The notes: generated from the letters alone by a model not told the origin. Counted from the first letter of the stretch, positions 49,276 to 58,952 are shown. The stretch is 64,000 nucleotides of DNA from Candidatus Pacearchaeota archaeon (GCA_017608305.1 JAFCGC010000001.1:38744-102743), one strand, 5' to 3'. Program-made: numbers and translations.

Positions 49276-50354
49276 AGATGGGAATTATGAAAGAAATAAT
49301 TAATGCTTATAGTGTAGATAAAGTTAGTGAAACTTATGAGGGAACTGTAGAAATTACAGATTTAAAAAAAGAACTTGGAACAAAAGGCCATGTTTTAGTA
49401 GTTAGGGGAGATAAAGCCTATGCCGATAAATTAGGGGGAAACAAAGATTTGGCAAATCCAAAATTTTGGATGTATGAGAATTTGATAAAAACCCCTAGAA
49501 TTCAGGAAGCATTAAACCAGAATCCAAATCATAAATTATTTGATGGTGTCGGATTTTCAGCACTAGACGCCTTAGGGTTTCATTCAGGAAAATTAGGAAG
49601 AAAGGCTGTTGCAGTTATGGCCCGGGAACACATCCCGGACAAAGAAGTATTTGAGAGATATCCTATTGAAGTGATCCATGGAGAAGGTTTGGGAGAAGAA
49701 GGTTATGTGGATAAGCAAGCAGAAGTTCTTTCTTCTAGAAATGATTTAATTCCTTTCCACCAAGCATTATATGGTGCCCAAGCTTTGGCCCCAATCGGAA
49801 ACAAAGTTGTTAATAAACTTGAGGAATTATCTATTAAACCTGATGAAACATATTGGTGTATTGCGAGTGGGTCAAATTTATATGGAATTGGACATAAAAT
49901 AAAACAAAAATTTTCTGATTGTAGTACTTTTGTTGTTGAACCTAAAATTAATATGACAGTAGATTCAAAAATAGACTTAACAAATTCTTCACAAATTAAA
50001 TCTTTTGCTAAAAATAAATTAAGAAATTATTCTTTAAAAAATTGGAACAAACATTATGCGGTGGCCCCTCTTCATGCTGCTGGGCCAAGTAGGTATTTGT
50101 TGCTTTTATGGGCAAACACAGGAAAAATAGGATTTGATAAAGTAATGCATCTTCCTTCAAAAGATTTTATTAATACAAAAAAGAAATTACAAGAATTAAA
50201 TTCTGATTATAATTGGACTAAAACAACTGCGCTTACTATTTATCCTGCCATTGAATCTGCAAAAAGAGGGAAGAATGTTGTAGTAATGGCTTATGGGAAG
50301 CATAGGGAGCATAATCTAAAAGATCTTATTATAAATGGAGAAATTAAAAAATGA
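49272..50354 (+). CDS. Hypothetical soluble enzyme (weak resemblance to PLP fold-type II / ACC-deaminase-like)
   Basis: 'FHSGKLGRKAVAV' and 'GSNLYGIGH'. Low certainty. Confidence 0.2.
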   Translation: MKMGIMKEIINAYSVDKVSETYEGTVEITDLKKELGTKGHVLVVRGDKAYADKLGGNKDLANPKFWMYENLIKTPRIQEALNQNPNHKLFDGVGFSALDALGFHSGKLGRKAVAVMAREHIPDKEVFERYPIEVIHGEGLGEEGYVDKQAEVLSSRNDLIPFHQALYGAQALAPIGNKVVNKLEELSIKPDETYWCIASGSNLYGIGHKIKQKFSDCSTFVVEPKINMTVDSKIDLTNSSQIKSFAKNKLRNYSLKNWNKHYAVAPLHAAGPSRYLLLLWANTGKIGFDKVMHLPSKDFINTKKKLQELNSDYNWTKTTALTIYPAIESAKRGKNVVVMAYGKHREHNLKDLIINGEIKK

Positions 50355-50695
50355 AATATAAACAAACTTCAAAAAAATATTTTAATAGTCAAGGGCAAAC
50401 AATAGATTATCTTGTTCATGAACACCAATACGATCGTTTTATTGCATGGAAGAAAGTTAATTTATTTAAAAAACAATATGATCATGCAATTAATTCTGGT
50501 TATGGTGCAGAATATGTTATAGAAGTTTTTGAGAAAAAAAGATTTGATTCTAAAAAAATCAAAATAGATCTAGAATTTTCTGGAAAAAACCTTACTCCAG
50601 AAGAAAATATAAGATTAGAACACACTCATCAAAATTTAGATAAACCCACACTAAAAAAATTAATTGAATTAAAAGTAGGGAAAAATAAAAAATGA
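50351..50695 (+). CDS. Hypothetical protein
   Basis: ORF translationally coupled between the two permease genes. Confidence 0.3.
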   Translation: MKYKQTSKKYFNSQGQTIDYLVHEHQYDRFIAWKKVNLFKKQYDHAINSGYGAEYVIEVFEKKRFDSKKIKIDLEFSGKNLTPEENIRLEHTHQNLDKPTLKKLIELKVGKNKK

Positions 50696-51900
50696 TATCA
50701 GACTATTTCACATTAGCAATTAGAAACTTGAAAAATAGAAAGTTAAGAACACTCTTAACCATGTTAGGAATTTTTGTAGCTATTGCGACAATATTCATGC
50801 TTGTTAGTTTATCCTTGGGCTTGCAAAATGCAGTTAAAGAACAATTTGAGTTGCTTGGTGCAGATAAATTTTTTGTGCAGCCTGCAACAGGATTTTTAGG
50901 TCCTCCTGGAAGTGTTGGAGGAGTTCTTTTAACAGAAGATGATGTTGAAACAATAAAAAAAGTTAGAGGAGTAAAACAAGTCTCTTATTATCTTGCTGGA
51001 AATGCTAAGCTAGAGTTTGGAGACAAAACAAGATACTCTCTTGTTTGGGGGGTTTCTACAGACACAGATCTTTATATTGAAACAGGAAGTCTTGAAGTAG
51101 AAGATGGAAGATTTATCCAAGAAGGAGATTCTGGAATTGTTATTGGTAATTTATACAAGACAGGAAATACTTTAGGAAAACAAGTTAGAGTTGGAAATAA
51201 AATAACAATTAATGATCAAGATTTCAAGGTAAAAGGAATTTTAAAACTCATAGGAAATCCAGATGATGATAGAATAATTATTATGGATATAGGGGTAGCA
51301 AGAAATTTATTTAATGAACCAGAAAGAGTGGATTGGATTGTTGTTCAAGTCGATGAAGGGGAAGATGTTAAAGAAGTTGCGCAAAGAGTCGAGGAAAAAT
51401 TAAGAAAAGCAAGAGGCGTTACTGAAAAAACTCAAGACTTTGGCATAATGACTCCTGAAGAACTTTTAGAAAGTTTTGGGAATATACTTAATATTGTTAC
51501 TAGTTTTTTAGCAGGTGTTGCGGCTATTTCTCTAATTGTTGGGGGAATTGGAATTGCAAACACAATGTACACTTCTGTGATTGAAAGAACAAGTGAAATA
51601 GGGGTAATGAAAGCTATTGGTGCACAAAATAAAGATGTTTTAATGATCTTTTTAATTGAGTCTGGACTATTGGGTCTTGTAGGGGCTATAATTGGGGTTG
51701 GTCTGGGTTTTGGAGTCAGTAAATTAATTGAATTTATTGCAATTAATCAATTAGGAACAACCCTTTTACAAGCAGCTGCACCTGCATATTTAATTTTTGG
51801 TTGTTTAGGTTTTGGTTTTATTATTGGGGCTGTTTCCGGAGTTCTTCCGGCAATGCAGGCAAGTAAAACAAATGTAGTGGACGCTTTACGTTATGAGTAA
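50692..51900 (+). CDS. ABC transporter permease, MacB/FtsX family (paralog)
   Basis: 'GIANTMYTSVIERTSEIGVMKAIGA'. Same architecture as 48040..49275. Confidence 0.8.
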   Translation: MISDYFTLAIRNLKNRKLRTLLTMLGIFVAIATIFMLVSLSLGLQNAVKEQFELLGADKFFVQPATGFLGPPGSVGGVLLTEDDVETIKKVRGVKQVSYYLAGNAKLEFGDKTRYSLVWGVSTDTDLYIETGSLEVEDGRFIQEGDSGIVIGNLYKTGNTLGKQVRVGNKITINDQDFKVKGILKLIGNPDDDRIIIMDIGVARNLFNEPERVDWIVVQVDEGEDVKEVAQRVEEKLRKARGVTEKTQDFGIMTPEELLESFGNILNIVTSFLAGVAAISLIVGGIGIANTMYTSVIERTSEIGVMKAIGAQNKDVLMIFLIESGLLGLVGAIIGVGLGFGVSKLIEFIAINQLGTTLLQAAAPAYLIFGCLGFGFIIGAVSGVLPAMQASKTNVVDALRYE

Positions 51901-52024
51901 AACTTGTAATGTTTTACTATCTTTAATTTGAGTTTGAGTATGAATAACTTTCAAAACACAACAAAAGTTTATATACTAATTTTATTTTCAAAAAGAATTA
52001 AAATAAAAAATTGGTGATTATGAA

Positions 52025-52222
52025 ATGAGTAAAAAATGTCTTTATTGTCAAATTGAACTCCCTGACGAGAGTGTGATAGATTTTTGCGAAAAATGTGGGA
52101 AAAGGGTGTGGGGAGATAAAATGTTCAATGCAATAGTCCAAAATATGGAAAATGCGAGAAGCAATGGAGACTTGTGCAAACCAGGTACTATTTCTAATTT
52201 TTCTAGTGAATTTCAAGTTTAG
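52025..52222 (+). CDS. Small zinc-ribbon protein
   Basis: 'CLYCQ...CEKCG'. Confidence 0.35.
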   Translation: MSKKCLYCQIELPDESVIDFCEKCGKRVWGDKMFNAIVQNMENARSNGDLCKPGTISNFSSEFQV

Positions 52223-52256
52223 ATAGTTTTTTAAATAGAATTTTTCTCGGTAGTTT

Positions 52257-52523
52257 ATGGTTAGGAAAAAAAAGATTAGAACAAGGGGAAAAATAAAACT
52301 TAGTAAGTACTTTCAAGAGCTTAAAAAAGGAGATAGTGTGGCAATTAGTCAAGATAGGACTTTACAACCCAAATTTCCTTCTAGAATAAATGGGAAAACA
52401 GGAATTATTGAAGGGAAAAGAGGAAAAGCATATATTATAAATATAAAGGACCAGAATAAAGAAAAGAAATTTTTAATAGAACCAGTACATTTAAAAAAAA
52501 TAAAACAAATTAAAGTACAATGA
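52257..52523 (+). CDS. rpl21e: 50S ribosomal protein L21e
   Basis: 'RTRGKIKLSKYFQELKKGDSVAI...INGKTGIIEG' L21e pattern. Synteny with rpoF and DUF655. Confidence 0.7.
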   Translation: MVRKKKIRTRGKIKLSKYFQELKKGDSVAISQDRTLQPKFPSRINGKTGIIEGKRGKAYIINIKDQNKEKKFLIEPVHLKKIKQIKVQ

Positions 52524-52825
52524 TAAAAAATACAGAACCAATAAACCTTGTTGAAATCCAAGATATTCTTGATAAAACTAAAGAAAATGAAGGGGAATTA
52601 TTGGGATTTGTAAAAAAATTCACAAAACTAAAACAAACACAATCTAAAGATCTTAGAAATAAAATTGAAGCGTTGGATCTAATTAAAATAGATGAAAAAC
52701 ACATAAATAAATTAATAGAATTACTTCCAAAAAACAAAGAAGACATAAACCAGATTTTCAGTGATGTTAGTCTAAATGAAGATGAAATTCAAAAACTACT
52801 TGACACAATTAAAGAGTTTAACTAA
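52520..52825 (+). CDS. rpoF: DNA-directed RNA polymerase subunit F (Rpo4)-like
   Basis: About 100 aa acidic protein in the conserved archaeal L21e-RpoF-DUF655 cluster. Confidence 0.5.
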   Translation: MIKNTEPINLVEIQDILDKTKENEGELLGFVKKFTKLKQTQSKDLRNKIEALDLIKIDEKHINKLIELLPKNKEDINQIFSDVSLNEDEIQKLLDTIKEFN

Positions 52826-52830
52826 AGAAA

Positions 52831-53367
52831 ATGGCAAAAGAAGAACATGCAATAATCTTAGAATACTTACCAAATGGATATCCTTTGGACAGGAAAATGA
52901 TGCCTATAGCCCAAGCTATAGGTGAAAGTAATTTTACACTTCTAGAACTAGTTCCCAGGAGAGGGGTTAGTCTTGAAATTGGGGAAAAAGTTTATATTGG
53001 TGAGGGAAAAAGACCCAAAATTTATTATATCCTTGGAAGATTAAACAAGGAGAAATTGACTGAATCAGCTAAACAACAATTAGAAGAGTTCATAAATAAT
53101 ATGGTAAGAAGTAATAAGCAAAAATTTGTGAATTTTTTCAATGAATCAGATGCAATAAATAAAAGAATACATCAAATAGAGCTTTTGCCTGGATTTGGAA
53201 AAAAACACATGAAGGAAATAATAACCCAAAGAAAAGAAAAGAAGTTTGAGAATTTTGAAGAAATGAAAAAAAGAATTCAAAATCTACCAGACCCTCAAAA
53301 AGCTATTGAAAGAAGAATTATTCAAGAACTAACTAATGTGGAAAGATATAATTTATTTATAAATTAA
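52831..53367 (+). CDS. DUF655-family predicted RNA-binding protein
   Basis: 'IILEYLPNGYP...LPGFGKKHMKEII' (HhH). Synteny. Confidence 0.55.
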   Translation: MAKEEHAIILEYLPNGYPLDRKMMPIAQAIGESNFTLLELVPRRGVSLEIGEKVYIGEGKRPKIYYILGRLNKEKLTESAKQQLEEFINNMVRSNKQKFVNFFNESDAINKRIHQIELLPGFGKKHMKEIITQRKEKKFENFEEMKKRIQNLPDPQKAIERRIIQELTNVERYNLFIN

Positions 53368-53368
53368 A

Positions 53369-53836
53369 ATGGAATCAATTCAACAAAAACAAACTAAAGA
53401 AGAAGAAAGAGTTATTAGAATCCTTTCTACAGACATAGAAGGAAAAACAAGCATTTATGCGGGCTTGGCAAAGATAAAAGGAGTTTCGTGGAGTTTATCA
53501 AATGCTATATGTCAAATTCTAAAGCTTGATAAAAAAAGAAAAGTGGGTTCTTTAACTGAAGGGGAAATAAAAAAAATATCAGAATTTATCAAAGACCCTA
53601 AAGTTCCCGAATACTTATTGAATAGAAAAAAAGATCCAGAAACAGGTGAAAATAAACACCTAAATGGAAGTGATCTTGAATTAAGAAATGAATTTGATTT
53701 GAAGAGACTCAAACAAATAAAAAGTTATAGAGGAATAAGACATTCTGCAGGACTTCCTGTAAGAGGGCAAAGAACTAAAGGAAATTTCAGAAAAAATAGA
53801 AAAAAAGGAACAGGAATTAAAAAGAAGAAAAAATAA
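53369..53836 (+). CDS. rps13: 30S ribosomal protein S13 (uS13)
   Basis: 'RILSTDIEGKTSIYAGLAKIKGV...SYRGIRHSAGLPVRGQRTK'. Confidence 0.85.
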   Translation: MESIQQKQTKEEERVIRILSTDIEGKTSIYAGLAKIKGVSWSLSNAICQILKLDKKRKVGSLTEGEIKKISEFIKDPKVPEYLLNRKKDPETGENKHLNGSDLELRNEFDLKRLKQIKSYRGIRHSAGLPVRGQRTKGNFRKNRKKGTGIKKKKK

Positions 53837-53852
53837 ATAAAAACAATTTCAA

Positions 53853-54323
53853 ATGAAAAGAAAACACAAACAGTATTCAAGACCAAAAAGACCTTTTGAC
53901 AAATTAAGAATAGACGAAGAATCAAAAATCAAAAAGGATTTTGGATTAAAAAATAAAAAAGAAATTTGGAAAGCAAATGCTAAAATTAAATCTATGAGAG
54001 AAAAGGCAAAAAAATTAATTTCTGCAGATCCAAAAGAACAACAAGCATTATTTGAAAGATTAAAAAAAATGGGTTTAAAAGTAAATTCTATTTCAGATAT
54101 TTTGGGTTTAGAAAAAAAAGATTATCTGAAAAGAAGACTTCAAACAGTTGTGTTTGAGAAAAAACTTACTACCACTCCAAAACAAGCTAGACAATTAATT
54201 GTTCACAAAAAAGTTCTTGTAGATAAAAAAGTAGTCAATAGTCCTTCTTATATTGTTTCATTAGATCTAGAGGACAAAATAAGTGTTAAGAAAAAGGAGG
54301 CTAAAAAAACAAATAAAGGATAA
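53853..54323 (+). CDS. rps4: 30S ribosomal protein S4 (uS4)
   Basis: 'RPKRPFDKLRIDEE...RRLQTVVF' S4 pattern. Confidence 0.8.
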   Translation: MKRKHKQYSRPKRPFDKLRIDEESKIKKDFGLKNKKEIWKANAKIKSMREKAKKLISADPKEQQALFERLKKMGLKVNSISDILGLEKKDYLKRRLQTVVFEKKLTTTPKQARQLIVHKKVLVDKKVVNSPSYIVSLDLEDKISVKKKEAKKTNKG

Positions 54324-54751
54324 TGGTAGAAAAAGAAACAACAAAACTAGAAAAAGCCCCTGAAAAGAAAAAAGACAAAAATATAGAGGCAGTGGTCAAT
54401 ATTTATACCTCTTTTAATAATACAATTGTTCATGTCACAGACATGTCTGGAAAAACCATTTCAAAGGTTACTGGGGGAATGGTTACAAAACATGGGAGAC
54501 TTAAAGCAAATCCTACAATCGCCATGTTTATCACAAAAAGAATAGCAGAAAATATTAAAGACCTTGGGGTAAAATCTTTGTATGTGAGAATAAGAGCTAA
54601 AACAAGAAATCCTGCACCTGGACCTGGTGCCCATGCAATAGTTAAAAGCCTATCAAGAGAGGGTTTTAGAATTTTAAATATACTCGATACAACAAGAATC
54701 CCTAGAGGAGGCCCAAAGAAAAAAGGAGGCCGAAGAGGAAGGAGGCCTTAA
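54323..54751 (+). CDS. rps11: 30S ribosomal protein S11 (uS11)
   Basis: 'IVHVTDMSGKTISKVTGGM...AAKTRNPAPGPGAHAIVKSL'. Confidence 0.85.
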   Translation: MVEKETTKLEKAPEKKKDKNIEAVVNIYTSFNNTIVHVTDMSGKTISKVTGGMVTKHGRLKANPTIAMFITKRIAENIKDLGVKSLYVRIRAKTRNPAPGPGAHAIVKSLSREGFRILNILDTTRIPRGGPKKKGGRRGRRP

Positions 54752-54810
54752 AAATAAGTCCTAGGGGAGGAGACCTTAAGATTTAAATAGGCATTTTATG
54801 ATATTTTAAG

Positions 54811-55533
54811 ATGAAAATAACAAATAAAAAAGATAATAAGATCTCATTTGTGGCAGAGATAGAAGAGAGCTTAGCAAATTCTATAAGAAGATATACTAAT
54901 CAAATCCCAGTAATGGCTATTGATGAAGTGGAAATATCTCTAAACGATTCTCCATTATATGATGAAACAATTGCCCATAGAATGGCATTAATCCCTTTAA
55001 AATCAGAAAAAAAAGAAGGTAAAAAAGAACCCTTTAAGCTTAAATTAAATTCAAAAAAAGAAGGAATAGTTTATTCTGGAGAATTAATTGGGCCCATAAA
55101 ACAAGTATATGATAAAATTCCTATCACTGTTTTAAAAAAAGGCCAAGAATTAGAAATTGTGGCTTTTGTAAAATCAGGTAAGGGAACAGAGCATTCAAAA
55201 TTTTCCCCAGGACTAATGTTTTACAGAAATATTGTTGATCTAAAAATAAATAAAGATTGTCCTAAGGAAGTCGTTGAAGTTTGCCCACAAAAAATATTGG
55301 GCCTAGAAAATGGAAAAATAATTGTTAAAGACAATTATTTGTGTGATATTTGTGATTCTTGTGTTGAAGAGTGTAAAAAACAAGGAAAAGAACCTATTCA
55401 AATTGTTCCTACAAAAGAATTGATGATTAGTATTGAATCTTTTGGTCAAATAAGTGTGGAAGATATTTTCAAAAAAGCTATTAATGTGCTTAAAAAAGAT
55501 TTAACAGAAGCTTCAAAAAAGATTGGTAAGTGA
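54811..55533 (+). CDS. rpoD: DNA-directed RNA polymerase subunit D (Rpo3) with 4Fe-4S Cys motif
   Basis: 'SLANSIRR' dimerisation motif. 'CPKEVVEVCPQ...CDICDSCVEEC'. Confidence 0.8.
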   Translation: MKITNKKDNKISFVAEIEESLANSIRRYTNQIPVMAIDEVEISLNDSPLYDETIAHRMALIPLKSEKKEGKKEPFKLKLNSKKEGIVYSGELIGPIKQVYDKIPITVLKKGQELEIVAFVKSGKGTEHSKFSPGLMFYRNIVDLKINKDCPKEVVEVCPQKILGLENGKIIVKDNYLCDICDSCVEECKKQGKEPIQIVPTKELMISIESFGQISVEDIFKKAINVLKKDLTEASKKIGK

Positions 55534-55576
55534 TAATTCTAAACCTTTTTATATAGATAATTAGTTGTAAAAATAA

Positions 55577-55660
55577 GCGGAGTTGCCGGAGCGGTCAAAC
55601 GGGACAGACTCAAAATCTGTTAGCTTAGTGCTTACGAAGGTTCGAATCCTTTACTCCGCA
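55577..55660 (+). tRNA. tRNA-Leu(CAA)
   Basis: 'GCGGAGT TG CCGGAGCGGTCAAACGGG ACAGA CTCAAAA TCTGT TAGCTTAGTGCTTAC GAAGGTTCGAATCCTTT ACTCCGC A'. Confidence 0.85.
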
Positions 55661-55704
55661 TAGGGAGTAGAAGGTTTTATAAGTTAATTCTTAAATCCAA
55701 CAAT

Positions 55705-56397
55705 ATGGAAATTATCTCCGACCAGAAAATTACTGATTCTATTTTATTTAAGTTAGAGAGAATTAAATATGAAAAAGAACATAATGAAATAATCAAATTA
55801 TTTCCTTTAGAAAAGATTTTTATTTGGGGGGGTTTTATCAGAGATTGTATTGTGGAAAAAGAGTATGGCCTCTCAATTCAAACAAAGGACCTAGATTTAC
55901 TCGTAGATGATTTGTCTTTTGAAAAAAAGACCAACCACCTTGAAAGGAGAATATTTTCTGGTAAAGGTTCTCTTAAATTAACTTCTCTTAATTTTAACAT
56001 AGATATTTTGAATTTGCAAGAAATTTATTTTCTAAACCAAACCCCGCCCTTAGAAAAAAATTTGGAAAATGCTTTGAAGGGGGTGGATTTTTCTACAAGC
56101 TCCTTAGCATATAACCTCAAAAGCGGCCATCTTTATAATTATCGCGCCCTTCAAGATATCTATAAAAAAGAGATTAATGTTCTAAATAACTATATGAAAG
56201 TTGGACCTACAATTGCTAAACTAATTATTCATGCCAATAAGATGAATTTTAACCTAGGGAAAAGTGCAAAAGAATATATCAAAAACAACTATTCCGAAAA
56301 GATTGAGGGAGATATTTTAGAATACTTGGGGATAAAAAATCAAACCTCTTTTTTCCCTACAATTAAAGAAGAAATAGGGAATTTATTGAAAAAATAA
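55705..56397 (+). CDS. Pol-beta-superfamily nucleotidyltransferase with class-II (CCA/polyA polymerase head-like) signature
   Basis: 'GGFIRDCIVEKEYGLSIQTKDLDLLV' fits GGxVRD...DxD. Confidence 0.4.
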   Translation: MEIISDQKITDSILFKLERIKYEKEHNEIIKLFPLEKIFIWGGFIRDCIVEKEYGLSIQTKDLDLLVDDLSFEKKTNHLERRIFSGKGSLKLTSLNFNIDILNLQEIYFLNQTPPLEKNLENALKGVDFSTSSLAYNLKSGHLYNYRALQDIYKKEINVLNNYMKVGPTIAKLIIHANKMNFNLGKSAKEYIKNNYSEKIEGDILEYLGIKNQTSFFPTIKEEIGNLLKK

Positions 56398-56556
56398 ACT
56401 CATACCCCATAATTAGGAGGTTTTAAATACTCAAATCATCTTGGTTTTTTTACCTGCGAGTCAAAAGCTCGTTCAAGATCTCGGGATGAATTTAAAATTC
56501 TCTCGTCCTTAAACTCGGCGTTAGCGGGAAGTTAATTACTTCTTGCTAGATTAAAA

Positions 56557-56904
56557 ATGAAAAGTAAAACAAAAATAGAAAAACAAACAAAAAGAAAAAC
56601 AAATCCAGAATTAGTTGAAACTATTCGGATCGCAAAAAAACATAAAAATTGGAATAAAATTGCTGAAGTTCTTTCTGGTCCAAGGAAAAATTGGGCAAAT
56701 ATTAATCTTAGTGAAATAAAAGAAGATGTTGTGATTCCTGGAAAAGTTTTGAGTCAAGGAGAGGTTGGAAAAAATAAAGTAGTTGCATTTAATTTTAGTA
56801 ATAAAGCAAAAGAAAAAATAATTAAAGCTGGAGGAAAAGCTATTAATATAATAGATGAAATTAAATCTAACCCTGAACTGAAAGGGGTAAAAATATTAAA
56901 ATGA
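56557..56904 (+). CDS. rpl18e: 50S ribosomal protein L18e (eL18)
   Basis: Size, basic N-terminus, 'PGKVLSQGEV' and operon position before L13/S9. Confidence 0.7.
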   Translation: MKSKTKIEKQTKRKTNPELVETIRIAKKHKNWNKIAEVLSGPRKNWANINLSEIKEDVVIPGKVLSQGEVGKNKVVAFNFSNKAKEKIIKAGGKAINIIDEIKSNPELKGVKILK

Positions 56905-57296
56905 CAAAAATAATCGATGGAAAAGGAGCTATTTTGGGTAGGCTTGCTAGTTATGTTGCTAAAGAAGCGCTAAAAGGAGAAGAAATTATAGTTTTAAATT
57001 GTGAAGAGATAAGAATAACTGGAAGTAAAATAAATCTCCAAAAAGATTTTGAAATAAAAAGGAGAAGAGTGGGAAGTAGTCAAAAAGGACCAAAACATCC
57101 AAGAGCATCTTATATTGTTGTTAAAAGAACAATAAGAGGTATGCTCCCTGATCATAGAAAAGGAAGAGGGAGAGAGGCATTCAAGAGAATAAAGTGTTAT
57201 AAGGGAATTCCAAAAGAATTTGAAGATGAAAAGAAAATAACTTCTAAAAAAGAAAGAAAAAGTAAATATATCCTACTGAAAGAAATTGCAAAATGA
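56901..57296 (+). CDS. rpl13: 50S ribosomal protein L13 (uL13)
   Basis: 'IIDGKGAILGRLASYVAK...' typical archaeal L13. Confidence 0.8.
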   Translation: MTKIIDGKGAILGRLASYVAKEALKGEEIIVLNCEEIRITGSKINLQKDFEIKRRRVGSSQKGPKHPRASYIVVKRTIRGMLPDHRKGRGREAFKRIKCYKGIPKEFEDEKKITSKKERKSKYILLKEIAK

Positions 57297-57697
57297 GTAA
57301 GATAATAATTACATCAGGAAAAAGAAAAAGGGCTGTTGCAAGAGCGATAATTAAAGAGGGAACAGGCAAAATTTTATTAAATAAAAAAGACTATTCAAAA
57401 CTCCAATATTTTGACAAACTTCAAATAGAAGAACCTCTTAAAATTGCTGAAGCAACTCTTGGGAAACTAAATTTTGATGTTTCTATTGGTGTGAGGGGAG
57501 GAGGAGAGAAAAGTCAAATTGAAGCTGCTAGACTTGCTTTGGCAAGATCAATTATAAAATTTTCTGGATCTAAAAAACTCAAAGAAGAATTTTTAAAATA
57601 TGATTGGAGCCTTCTTATAGCTGATGTTAGGAGAAAAGAAGCATATAAACCAGGGGATAGTAAGGCTAGGAAAAAGAGACAGACAAGTTATAGATGA
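57293..57697 (+). CDS. rps9: 30S ribosomal protein S9 (uS9)
   Basis: 'SGKRKRAVARA...GGGEKSQIEAARLALARS...KARKKRQTSYR'. Confidence 0.85.
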   Translation: MSKIIITSGKRKRAVARAIIKEGTGKILLNKKDYSKLQYFDKLQIEEPLKIAEATLGKLNFDVSIGVRGGGEKSQIEAARLALARSIIKFSGSKKLKEEFLKYDWSLLIADVRRKEAYKPGDSKARKKRQTSYR

Positions 57698-58249
57698 TTA
57701 TTTGATAAAATTTCTTCTCTTTGGATTTCTAGAAAGTTTTTCTGGAGAACATTTTCTAAAAAGATAGTGTGCAAGATTATCAGCCCAATTAACTAAAGGA
57801 TATTGTCTATCAAAATTTGCTCCATAATTAAGATTAATGTTTTTTCTTGGAAAGAAACACCGTTCTGAAATAATATCCTTAACATATTTTCTATAAGGGA
57901 GTCTATGTTCTCCATCAACAAATAATTCTAAAAATTCCAAATTTGGAAGACCTATAGACTCTTCAATTAAACTTACAATAGTTACTCCAAGAAGTTCTTT
58001 TGGAGGAATTCTTTTACAATCTACTTCAGAAGCCAGAAGAAAAAAATAGTCTTTGTAAGGGCCTGTTCTGAGAGAAGGTAGTTTTTTCCTTTGTTTGGGA
58101 AAAGTTCCTTTTTTTATATATTTTTCCAAGCCAGATAAAGTTACAACATCTATTTCGGGAAATTTTCCATGATTAGATTCATCATAGGCAACATAAAGAG
58201 TATTTTTTGGAAGAATTAAATTAGGTTTTTGCCCTCCTTTTTTATGCAT
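57698..58249 (-). CDS. Hypothetical protein
   Basis: 183 aa ORF with no recognisable motif. Confidence 0.3.
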   Translation of the reverse strand: MHKKGGQKPNLILPKNTLYVAYDESNHGKFPEIDVVTLSGLEKYIKKGTFPKQRKKLPSLRTGPYKDYFFLLASEVDCKRIPPKELLGVTIVSLIEESIGLPNLEFLELFVDGEHRLPYRKYVKDIISERCFFPRKNINLNYGANFDRQYPLVNWADNLAHYLFRKCSPEKLSRNPKRRNFIK

Positions 58250-58324
58250 ATAATAAAAAATCTTATTGTTTTAAAAGAATAATTGTTCAAGAAAGGATAT
58301 GTTTGAGTGAGAATTTGTTTGGAA

Positions 58325-58783
58325 TTATTTTTTTGAGTTTAAGTGATCCAAGATATAAGTTTCAAACAAAACCACTTCATCTGCTTTTTCTTGTATCCCT
58401 TTAGGAAACGGCTTTTCATAAACAGGCATTTTATCCCCCATTCTTGGCCAAGATATTTTATCTGCTGAGCCATCTTCATCAAAATCATCCACTCTACAAA
58501 GCCAATAAAATTCTTTATCATTTCCGGCCATTTTTGAGAAATAATTCTTATGATCAACTAACTTTCTTGCAACATCTAATGCATATTCTCCTGCAGAGTC
58601 TCCTTGCCCTCTTTGATAAACAGGTCCTTTAGCCTTGAATTTGCCAAATTCTCTATGCCCATAGAAGTAATTTCTATGGGGGGTTACTAACTCATCATAT
58701 TTTCCATCACAACCATTATCTATTATATTCCAACTAACTTGGTTTAGTTGCTTTCTGCCAAAACTCCTTCCACTTCTTCCAGT
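58325..58783 (-). pseudogene. Soluble-domain ORF lacking a start codon for its first ~85 codons. Probably frameshifted relative to the upstream membrane ORF 58734..58952.
   Basis: A continuous frame 'TGRSGRSFGRKQLNQVSWNIIDNGCDGKYDEL...MAGNDKEFYWLC...' is open from 58783. The only ATG is at 58531. Confidence 0.35.
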
Positions 58784-58952
58784 TTATTCCAATAATCAAT
58801 CCCACCACAATTCCTAGGATCCAGGCCCCCCTTATTGTGTTAAGTGCAGCTGTTGAAGTAATATTAAGATAATCAGTTATAAGCCACCCAACAAATCCTC
58901 CTAGAATTATTGCAAACAATAAGAGAATTATGTATTTTAATATTGTTTTCAT
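58734..58952 (-). CDS. Small 2-TM membrane protein (possibly the N-terminal part of a frameshifted gene)
   Basis: 'ILLLFAIILGGFVGWLITDY...GAWILGIVVGLIIGI'. Confidence 0.35.
   Translation of the reverse strand: MKTILKYIILLLFAIILGGFVGWLITDYLNITSTAALNTIRGAWILGIVVGLIIGINWKKWKEFWQKATKPS

Noticed and set aside
56398-56556. Possible small ncRNA (C/D-box-like 'GGATGA') in the intergenic region upstream of L18e
   Set aside because: There is no convincing box D (CUGA) or terminal stem. It is more likely the promoter/leader of the L18e-L13-S9 operon.
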